From IMG/VR virus record IMGVR_UViG_3300027708_000026, positions 80,908-144,907 of that record: 64,000 nucleotides of DNA, one strand, 5' to 3'. The DNA is from a virus. A program made the position numbers and the translations under genes. Positions 49,501-58,000 of the stretch are shown here, in pieces; position 1 is the first letter of the stretch; every line of letters starts with the position of its first letter. The notes beneath the pieces are model-generated. The model did no database searches and was not told the DNA's origin. It worked only from the letters and a program-made list of their open reading frames with translations.

Positions 49501-52065
49501 TGCGCCACCGCCTACTGCTACAACACTAACTGAGGTAACATTTGTGGGCACTACCCAACTATATGTTCCGGGAATTACATATGCTGCGCTGCCGCTGGCT
49601 ACAGCAGTGGTAGTTGATAGACTACTGCTGGATGTGCTATTGCCATATAAATTTGTAGCGTATACAGAGAATGAATAAGAGGTAACCGGAGTTAGTCCCC
49701 TTACGAGGATACTGCCTGACCCAGATGTAGAAGTCGTGCTACGGTAATTTCCATCCGAAGATATTGCAGTATAGCTAGTTATTACATCACCGCCGACATA
49801 AGTAGGTGCTGTATAGGTAATAGCGATCGCAGTGCCACTAGTAGCGGAAATTCCAGTTATCGTAGGTGCATTTGGAACAAATTGACTGCTAGTTGAGTTT
49901 GCGTAACAAACAACTGCTGTCGAAGGGAAAGATCTTATTTGTCCGGGCCATACTATACGTACCCCGCCGTTACCACCGGTACCGCCAACATAAACACCAG
50001 AGGAATCACCTGCGCCGCCCGCACCTACGACTACTGTATAACTTTGGGCCGCATTAACTGTATAGTTATTAACATATGCTAGGCCGCCGCCTGCCCCGCC
50101 TGCACCACTATTGTTTGATCCACTGACAGCACCTCCCCCGCCTCCTCCAAAAACACCACCATACCCTTTTGTTCCTACTTGTCTCCCAGGTGTTCCTCCA
50201 GACCCGCCACCGCCACTTGGATCACACACTGCACCGGTGCTACCGGTAACTCCGTTTGAGCCTAGACCAAACAGTCCAACTCCGCCACCGCCACCTTTTT
50301 CTCCAACAGCATTAATGGCACCGCCAGCACCAGAACCGCCGCAGCCTGCGGCACGGCCAGCACCGCCACCTGTACCAGTATAGCCGCCAGCACCGCCACC
50401 CCGAGCGCTGGCGTCTGCGCCGCCAGTGCCACCTGCAAATGCCACGGCGGTATTGCCTGTTCCTGATCTACCAGTACCACCGGTACCGCCTGTATAATTT
50501 GAAGTTCCTGGAAGACCGCCATATGCACGGACAACACATGTGGCTGCAAAATAACTCGAGCCGCCTGCGACGCCTGCATAACAACTTCCATTGACACTAT
50601 TGCCAAAAGTGCCACCTCCACCACCACCTACAGTGACTACACTGACTGAGGTAACTCCGGCAGGTGTAACCCAACTGTAAGTCCCGGGGAATTTATATAT
50701 ATTCGAACCCGGAGATGCATAGGTTGTGATAACAGACGATGTACTACTAACATCACCATCGCCTACGAGATTTGTTCCATATGCCTGGAATGTATAAGAA
50801 GTTAACGGACTTAAATTTGATGCAGTTACTGAGACATATACATCAAACGGTTGAACAGTACTAGTAGTCGCACCGCTAACTGTGACGCTACGTGCATAGT
50901 AACTGTTGTCTACTATGCTAGTGGCATTTTGTAAAGTTAACATAGTCACTGTGGTTGCCGAGATGATAGCACTGATGTTAGTGCTGTTAGTTTGTGTAGT
51001 TGACAACGGTGCAGTTGGTGGAGTAAAAGCGCCTGTATAAACTGCTAGATATCTAGCAATGCGTAGATTGCTTATATAACCATTGAACCAAGTCGTATTA
51101 TATCCAGGGTTTTCAGTACCGATGTACAAATATTGTTCGTACATGTCATTCGAATATGTTCCGGATACGGCACTGGTGCCATTTACATATAATGTAACTG
51201 TTGATCCGACGCGGACAGCAGCCACGTGATACCAAGCATTAGCAGCATATGTATTAGCAGATACCATGACCCCAGGCGAACTTTGCCCTGATGATGAGTA
51301 AAAAAATTCAAACTTACTGGCCACAGCTCTACCATAAGAAATCTTCATGCCGTGATCGCCACCGAGATTTTGTGTCCAGTTGCCCAGCATCGATCCGTTG
51401 GTGGTGGCAAGAGGATACACCCACATTTCAATGGTAAAATCTGTAGTGCCAACTAGGGGATTTGGGGTGGTTGAGAATGAAAGATAGGAGCTGCTGCCAT
51501 TGAAATATCCAGAGTAACTGGTAGTGGGCAGCGTGGTAGTGGTGCCTGCTAGTGCGCCATTGGCTAATACTGAATACGAGTATGCTGGAATGACACTGGT
51601 ACCGGGTAGAAACCTGACCAAAGCCGACGGCGTCGATGTGACATTAGTCGAAGTTATTATGGCCGATATCGATGTTGGTGCTGTAGGTACCGCATAACTG
51701 GATAACATGATAGGGGACGAGTATGTACCATAGACAACATTGCTGGCAGTACTGAGTAAACTGTTACCGGCAAAGTTGGTGGCATACATGTTGAACACAT
51801 AATATGTACTCGAGCTCAATCCTGGGATGACGACGGTGTTAGTGCTTACAGATACTGTGGCGGTAAATCCTGCAGGATTGCTGACTGCTGTATAAGTTAA
51901 TATAGGACCGCTGCCCGAATAATTTGGCGCAGTAAATTTCAAACTAACTGTGTTAGTGGCCGTAGTAGTCCACGTTGCAGTTAATGCCGTAGGAGCATCG
52001 GGCACATAGTTGGCCGTGAACCGCACAAATCCTGTTATTTTGACGCCGCCTTGAATTATTGTCAT
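46555..52065 (-). CDS. Giant FN3/LamG/Gly-rich adhesin-like protein (1836 aa; four Gly-rich modules)
   Basis: Repeated units FN3 + PG(T/S)YSW..P..VTSVSVV.VGGG ... VRI(V/I)WPG..R.FPST; one LamG domain. Confidence 0.75.
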   Translation of the reverse strand: MTIIQGGVKITGFVRFTANYVPDAPTALTATWTTTATNTVSLKFTAPNYSGSGPILTYTAVSNPAGFTATVSVSTNTVVIPGLSSSTYYVFNMYATNFAGNSLLSTASNVVYGTYSSPIMLSSYAVPTAPTSISAIITSTNVTSTPSALVRFLPGTSVIPAYSYSVLANGALAGTTTTLPTTSYSGYFNGSSSYLSFSTTPNPLVGTTDFTIEMWVYPLATTNGSMLGNWTQNLGGDHGMKISYGRAVASKFEFFYSSSGQSSPGVMVSANTYAANAWYHVAAVRVGSTVTLYVNGTSAVSGTYSNDMYEQYLYIGTENPGYNTTWFNGYISNLRIARYLAVYTGAFTPPTAPLSTTQTNSTNISAIISATTVTMLTLQNATSIVDNSYYARSVTVSGATTSTVQPFDVYVSVTASNLSPLTSYTFQAYGTNLVGDGDVSSTSSVITTYASPGSNIYKFPGTYSWVTPAGVTSVSVVTVGGGGGGTFGNSVNGSCYAGVAGGSSYFAATCVVRAYGGLPGTSNYTGGTGGTGRSGTGNTAVAFAGGTGGADASARGGGAGGYTGTGGGAGRAAGCGGSGAGGAINAVGEKGGGGGVGLFGLGSNGVTGSTGAVCDPSGGGGSGGTPGRQVGTKGYGGVFGGGGGGAVSGSNNSGAGGAGGGLAYVNNYTVNAAQSYTVVVGAGGAGDSSGVYVGGTGGNGGVRIVWPGQIRSFPSTAVVCYANSTSSQFVPNAPTITGISATSGTAIAITYTAPTYVGGDVITSYTAISSDGNYRSTTSTSGSGSILVRGLTPVTSYSFSVYATNLYGNSTSSSSLSTTTAVASGSAAYVIPGTYSWVVPTNVTSVSVVAVGGGASGTSRCNNTALGGASSFTMVALPNTVHVSASGGSGVTGGSVIAGTGFAGGAGGAAASSAQQGGGGGAGGYTAAGGTGGAHGANGAASTGGGGGGGGGGLTSANSGGGGGGGVGLFGKCGNGAGGVYSPTPPSPGTGGSCGVTGGYANFNLTGSGTGGFGGLFGGGGGGSYVPGNNAAAGGGGGLAYANNISVTPGASYTVVVGVGGTVPDHAGGNGGVRIVWPGQFRSFPSTNVAQGYDTDALTVSSTYVPRPPTLNSAVASNGTSILINFSAGSPYYITPITSYTAVATAGTTSITTTTASSGTVLISGLTPLTNYTVSVYATSVYGNSTSSNSISTTTYVASSSIAYTIPGTYTLVVPANVTAVSVISVGGGSSGRGLDGNNNNGGASSFTMAALPNTVHVSAGGGSGQTGGSVIAGTGFSGGGGGGAGCSGQSGGGGGAGGYTAAGGAGGGGAGNDGAASTGGGGGGGRGQPGVGGGGGGVGLFGKCGNGTGGVASAGPGTGGSNGTIGGYGNGFVSNVGGFGGFFGGGGGASFISGGSMPGGGGGALAYVNNVSVTAGDSYTVVVGAGGANTNTAGGKGAVRVVWPGQVRSFPSTNVAQGYDTDALTISNTYVPGAPILSSAVASSGTGITVNFTAPPSSYYITPITSYTAVATTGTTSISATTASVGIILILGLTPRTTYTVSVYANSVYGISTASITTQVTTLVASGENLYTTPGTFSWIAPANVTSVSVVAVGGGGGDAAGCTQGAGGSQSYFINSSLVRGGGGGRGTGYVYCYAGGAGGDYAGTGGGYGGAGGSGNNSAGSGGGGGAGGYSGAGGAGGTGSNSSGVYAADGAAGTGGAGGGGGFKYTLNHGGGGGVGVYGQGSSGAGGTSSYSGTGSGGGGGSGGATASDSDRLGGAYGGGSGSNGPRASSGGGGGGLGYLNNYNVSPGTSYAVIVGGGGATIAQAGGGAVRIIWPGNIRTFPSTLTGPSSNL
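47668..48819. repeat. Direct repeat from a tandem module duplication (period 1101 bp)
   Basis: TGTTAATGCGTCAGTATCGTAACCCTGGGCCACATTGGTACTTGGGAATGA is identical at 47668 and 48769; SSFTM.ALPNTVHVSA is also duplicated. Confidence 0.85.
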
Positions 52066-52099
52066 TTGCTTTATTTATTAGTTGATAAATCTCTAATTT

Positions 52100-55087
52100 C
52101 TAATTGAATAGTATTGTCCCTGACGCAGTGAATATGTAGTTTCTATAGCCACCTTCTACAACATAAGTAGCGGTATTTACAACTGCCGGATTAAATGAAG
52201 TTGGATAACGGAGGATCGCTATGCCAGATCCGCCAGCAGTACCGACCGATGAACCGCCTGCACTACCGCCCCCTCCGCCGCCCCCTCCGCCAGAATACTG
52301 TTTCGCCGCAGTTCCAAGATCAGTTGTAAATGCTCCATTGCCGCCTCCGCCAAATCCACCTATACCGGTGGCGGTGCCGCCACCACCTGCACCGCCACCT
52401 GCAAAATAAACTGCATTAGTGGCAGTAATGTATTGTCCCACACCTAATGTTAACGCCAGTGTTGTAGAAATTATAGTAGTAAATGTTCCAGTACCTCCAT
52501 TGCCTGGAACACCGGAATTGTGATTAGCACCAACGCCGCCAGCGCCACCACCGCCTCCACCAGATGAGCTAGTGTTGTTAGTGTAGCTAGAACCTGCACC
52601 GCCAGCAAATCCAACTCCGTAACCGTATGTGGCGAATTGCGTGCTAGTTCCGCCGACAGTATTATTGGAAGCGCCACCACCACCAGAACCGCCTGGAAGA
52701 CCGTTAAAGCTAGGAGACCAGCCTCCACCTCCGCCGCCGCCCACTGCTGCTCTCGTAACGGCACCTCCGATAAACGATGAAGTAGAACCAGCGTTCCCAG
52801 CTATAGTCGATGCCGATGCCGCAGCACCAGCACCAATTATAACTGAGTATAACACACCAGAAGATATAGTCTGACTACTGACGTAGACGAGACCGCCAGC
52901 GCCACCACCGCCTCCTCTTCCATGAGTGCTCGTTCCACCTCCACCTCCACCACCTCCGCCCACCAACAGAATTTCTATGGGAGGCATTGTGTTAAAAATT
53001 GTACTAGTAGATCCTACACTATCACCTAAAATACTAGTTGAATATATAGTCGCTGTGCTAGGCACTGATATACCAGGGAAAGTTAATATAGCACTACCCA
53101 AAGTGGTGTAAGCTGATGCTGAAATTCCGCCTGCTTGGCCAGTGAACAGGTAAGACTTAATTCCAGTTTGTGTAAATGCATCTTGAACATATGCGATCCC
53201 AGTCCATGTGTTATTTGAAAAATATGCTGTTGATGATGTAACTACTGGATAAGGGAAATTTGTATAGGCAGTAGTCGTTGTCAATGCTGAACAGGCTGCA
53301 ACCAATGTGCTGGGAAACTGTCTATCACTAGCTGGCCACACGATACGAACTGCACCGCCTCCACCTATTGAATTTGCACTACCACTTGGTGTGGGTGCCG
53401 CCCCTACGATAACTGTATATGATAGATTATATACCACTGTGACAGTGTTGGCATATACTAATGAACCACCGGCACCACCACCGCCTGCGCTGCCACCCCC
53501 ACCACCGCCGTATACTCCCCCGCCACCATATGTTCCCGCGGAGACTGTGCTAGTGCCCGCAGAGCCGCAAGATCCACTGCCTCCACCAATGCCAGAACTT
53601 CCACTGGTAGTGCCACCGGCACCACTGGCACCTAGACCAAAGATTCCTGTGCCACCCCCACCTGCTCCCAGACTACCGGTATACCCACCGCCACCGCCGC
53701 CGCCACCGAAGCCGTTAGTACCAGAGCTACATCTACCACCAATGCCGCTGCCAGGATATGTGCCCAATGTAGTAGTTACCGAACCGACATTAGTGATGGC
53801 TAGACTTCCACCATTGTCTACTATGGTAGCATTTTGCAGAGTTAGAAACGCAGTGGTAGCTGATGATGCAATAGCAGAGATATTAGTACTGGAAGATTGT
53901 GTAGTTGCTAACGGTAACACTGGCGGAACAAAGTTACCTGTATATACAGCTTGTCTAACCACACGAAGATTGGACATAGACCCTACTAATTTATAAGGAT
54001 CAAATGTTTGTCCTATATTCATAAGAGTTCTAGTGAAGTTTGTGGCATCGGCAAATTGCAATCTATTGATACCATTGATGTATATATTTAGGTTGCCAGC
54101 AGTTCTAACTACTGCCACATGATGCCACACACCAATGACCATGCTGGCATTGCTAGAAATAGTGCTACTGACGCTGCCGATCCTAACGATAAAGGTACCA
54201 GCGTTAAAGTAAACTCCAAAGCCAGCAGTATCACTTCCAGTAGTCCTAATATCAAACATGCCGGGGAATGAATTAGTGGTAAACGATCCAGGATTTACCC
54301 ACCATTCCACAGTAAAATCAGCGGTGCCTAAAGCAGATGGCAATGTTGCTTGTAATGCTTGACTACCACTTAGACTTGCGTAGTATAAAGAATTACCAAC
54401 ATAGCCGCCCGCACCGCCACCGCCGCCACCTGCGCTACTTGCGCAATTGGCTGCAACCCCGCCAGCATTACCACCATATACGACCACTGAGTTAGCTTGC
54501 CCTGTTCCGCCCTGACTATATCCTGGGAAATTAACAGTACCTGCACTATATCCGCTCCTGCCGCCCAGCGCCGAAGCTACACTGCCACTGACAAATGTAC
54601 TAGTTCCGCCAAAGCTGTTGTCTACTACCGTACCAGCACTGGATTTTCCTGACCCCCCTGCTCCAATGGCCACCACGCTGACTGATGTTACATTAGGATT
54701 GGCATTGATCCAGCTGTAGGTTCCTGGCACCGTATACGCTTGACTACCATAAGTATATGGCAATACAATAGGTGTCAATGTCTCTGTGCCCGGGCCAACT
54801 TCTGAATTAGCATATACTGAAAATCTATAGAAAGTTCCTGAACTCAATCCGCTGACTGTTATCGTTCCTGTACCGCTAGTGTTGAGTGAACCGGTGATGA
54901 GACCTGGATAGCTAACAGCTGTCACTGAAGTAACTGTGAAACTACCTCGATTAGTTGGACCTGTAAATAAGATAGTGGCTGTATTTAGAGTGGTCATCGT
55001 TGCTGATGTTATGACAACTGGACCCGGTGCCGACAATGAAGTCATAATAATACCACCAGAAAAATTGACACCGCCACTAATTATCAT
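52100..55087 (-). CDS. FN3/Gly-rich/LamG adhesin-like protein (probable start MIISGG at 55087)
   Basis: The ATG lies 1 nt after the upstream stop, and its N-terminus matches the paralogues; LamG and two Gly-rich module types. Confidence 0.75.
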   Translation of the reverse strand: MIISGGVNFSGGIIMTSLSAPGPVVITSATMTTLNTATILFTGPTNRGSFTVTSVTAVSYPGLITGSLNTSGTGTITVSGLSSGTFYRFSVYANSEVGPGTETLTPIVLPYTYGSQAYTVPGTYSWINANPNVTSVSVVAIGAGGSGKSSAGTVVDNSFGGTSTFVSGSVASALGGRSGYSAGTVNFPGYSQGGTGQANSVVVYGGNAGGVAANCASSAGGGGGGAGGYVGNSLYYASLSGSQALQATLPSALGTADFTVEWWVNPGSFTTNSFPGMFDIRTTGSDTAGFGVYFNAGTFIVRIGSVSSTISSNASMVIGVWHHVAVVRTAGNLNIYINGINRLQFADATNFTRTLMNIGQTFDPYKLVGSMSNLRVVRQAVYTGNFVPPVLPLATTQSSSTNISAIASSATTAFLTLQNATIVDNGGSLAITNVGSVTTTLGTYPGSGIGGRCSSGTNGFGGGGGGGGYTGSLGAGGGGTGIFGLGASGAGGTTSGSSGIGGGSGSCGSAGTSTVSAGTYGGGGVYGGGGGGSAGGGGAGGSLVYANTVTVVYNLSYTVIVGAAPTPSGSANSIGGGGAVRIVWPASDRQFPSTLVAACSALTTTTAYTNFPYPVVTSSTAYFSNNTWTGIAYVQDAFTQTGIKSYLFTGQAGGISASAYTTLGSAILTFPGISVPSTATIYSTSILGDSVGSTSTIFNTMPPIEILLVGGGGGGGGGTSTHGRGGGGGAGGLVYVSSQTISSGVLYSVIIGAGAAASASTIAGNAGSTSSFIGGAVTRAAVGGGGGGGWSPSFNGLPGGSGGGGASNNTVGGTSTQFATYGYGVGFAGGAGSSYTNNTSSSGGGGGGAGGVGANHNSGVPGNGGTGTFTTIISTTLALTLGVGQYITATNAVYFAGGGAGGGGTATGIGGFGGGGNGAFTTDLGTAAKQYSGGGGGGGGGSAGGSSVGTAGGSGIAILRYPTSFNPAVVNTATYVVEGGYRNYIFTASGTILFN

Positions 55088-55088
55088 A

Positions 55089-58000
55089 TTAAAACGCTCC
55101 TGAAACGTTAGTACTAGGGAATGATCTAGTTGCACCGGACCAAACAATTCGAACCGCGCCAACCCCGCCCGGTGATTGTGGACAGTTTCCAGTTGCCCCG
55201 CCGGCGCCAACGATTACGGTATAGCTAGCGCCCGGAGTAACTGATACATTATTAGCATACGCCAGTGCTCCTGCTCCACCGCCCGCCATCGCACCACCAC
55301 CAATAACTGAGGCTCCTGTACCGCCACCATATGTGCCACCTTTACCACCAGTTCCACTAGTTTGTGCGCCACCTGCACTACCGCCAGATCCACCACCACC
55401 ACCACCTGTGCCGTTACAGCCCAGTCCATATAATCCAACGCCGCCGCCGCCCATACCTGTACCATTGCCGCCGCCGCCGCCGCCGCCAGTTGATGCAGCA
55501 CCAGCAGCGCCGCCGCCAAAGCCGCCAACTCCGCCAGCAGCGGTATATCCGCCTGCTCCGCCACCACCACCTTGTTGGCAACCATTGCCGCCGCCACCTG
55601 CACCGCCAGCAAATCCAGTACCAACACCAACGGTTCCGCCAGCGCCTCCAGTAGCACCATAACTACCGCCAGCACCGCCACCTGCAGATACATAGGTCGT
55701 GCTTGGCGATGTTAATGCGAAGCTACTGGCGCCACCGGATACTTGAGCAGCACACTTCATACGACCAGTTCCACCACCACCAACAGCTACTACACTGACT
55801 GATGTAACTCCCAATGGTGCGACCCAAGAGAAGGTGCCAGTGTTTATATATAGAGCATTGCCCCAAGGTGTACCAGTGCTTACTGCGCTGCCCGGGCCTT
55901 GACCTGCGGCATTGGAAGCATACGCTACAAAACTATAGGCAACGCCTGAAGTCAATCCTGATACAGTTACTACATTGCCTGATACAGTGGTTCCTGAGAA
56001 GCTGCCGGGACTTGCAATCACAGTATATCCGGTTATAGACAACCCACCGGTATTGACAGGGGCTGTTACAGCAACACTTACTGTAGAACTGCTGGTGCCA
56101 GTTATGGCAGCTATCGTAGGACTACCTGGAACGCCATTTGTAGTGATCGACAAGGTGTTAGTTGATGTCGTAGTTCCTGCTAGATTAGTAGCATATCCCG
56201 TGACAGTATACGTGGTATTATTAGTCAATCCACTGATGTATACGGTGCCTGTCAGCAGCCCATTAACTACTGATACAGTACCACTGGAGTTTCCAGGTGT
56301 AGTCACTGCTGTAAATTGATACGTGGGCAGTATTGCCGATGTTGATCCAGTATTGGAAACAGACACCGCTATCGTACCTAAACTGAAATTAGTCACTGTA
56401 GTCACAGTGACAAAAGCAGGCGGACTATATCCACTGGCTAGTTTAGGAGTAGTACATGCAACTGTGACATTGGTACTGGGGAAACTCCTCGTTGTTCCAG
56501 GCCAAACAATTCGAACTGCTCCACTGCCACCTAAACCACCAGAGCAACTGCTGCCCTTTGTGCCCCTAGCACCCACTACCACAGCATAGCAGGAATTAGG
56601 AGTCACTGCGATGTTATTACCATAAGCTAATGCACCGCCACTACCACCGCCGTGTCCGCAACCGCCGTTTGCACCGGCGCCGCCGCCGCCACCATATGCA
56701 CCACCAGCACCGCCTACACCAGAAACTGTGCTGGTTCCGCCAGCTACCCCACAGGAGCCACCACCACCGCCTACCGCGTTGCCTGCTGCCCAAGTGCCGC
56801 CAGCGCCGTTAGAACCTTGTCCAAATAGTCCAACTCCGCCGCCGCCGCCAGAATATTGACCTGATGCGCCGCCACCTCCGCCAGCTCCACCAGTGCCAGC
56901 ACTACCTGTACTGGCGTTCCACGCACCACCGCCACCACCATTGCCCGAATAGCCGCCAGCACCGCCGCCTGCGCCACCGTTGGCTCCGTTACAGGCAATG
57001 CCGCCCGCCCCGCCGGTGCCACCACCGGTTCTAGCTGTTCCTGAGCCAGTCCCACCTCCTATATACCCACCGGCATTGGAACCACGAAATCCGCCGCCAC
57101 CACCCGAAGCCTGGAGTGTACCAGACGCTGCAAAATAACTTGCGCCGCCTTGGCCGCCCGATGCGCCGCCTCCACCTCCGCCGCCTACAGCTACCACGCT
57201 GACGCTGCTGACTGTGGCAGGTGCTTTCCAAGTATAGCTACCCGGTGTAGTATAACTGGCTTCAGTGACTGCCTGGGAACCAAATGGGAATGTCACAGTG
57301 CTGGCAGTACTGATAGTACCGGTGCCAAGTGAATTAGTGGCATAGACTTGGAATGTATAGTAAGTGCTACTGTCCACAGTCATGACAATGGGACTTGCAG
57401 ATGCAGATTGTGTCTGCCCAAATGGTGTTGCAATCACCGTATAGGACGTTATAGGTGTGAATCCTGGATATATAGGAGTAGTCCATGCCACTGAAATAGT
57501 TCCTGTACTGGTAGCAGAGGTTATCACAGCAGTGGGTGCAGATGGGACTGCACTGATGCTGGTACCGCAATTACCCACATTGGTACTGGGGAAACTTCTT
57601 GCTGCGCCGGGCCATACGATACGAACTATTCCCCCACCTCCTATCGATGTTGTTAATGAACCAAAAGTGATGGTGCCGGAACCAACCGTCGTCCAGATAT
57701 ATGTCCTATATCCGCCCGAAACTGTAATAGTTGGATTACCTGTAGTGCTTGTTGCTGGTAGATAGATATCTGGATAACGGATGACTACTATACCTGAACC
57801 GCCATTACCACCTAATACGGTGCCGCTGGATTGAGAACTTCCTCCACCACCGCCACCAGTGTTTGGTGTTGCATTTCCTCCATTGGTATTAGTAACTAAT
57901 GCGCCATTGCCGCCGCCCCCTGTGCCTCCCAACCCACCTGTTGCGCCCGTCCTACCACCGGCACCACCACCACCTGCGTAGTATGTTGCTGTTCCAGTGA

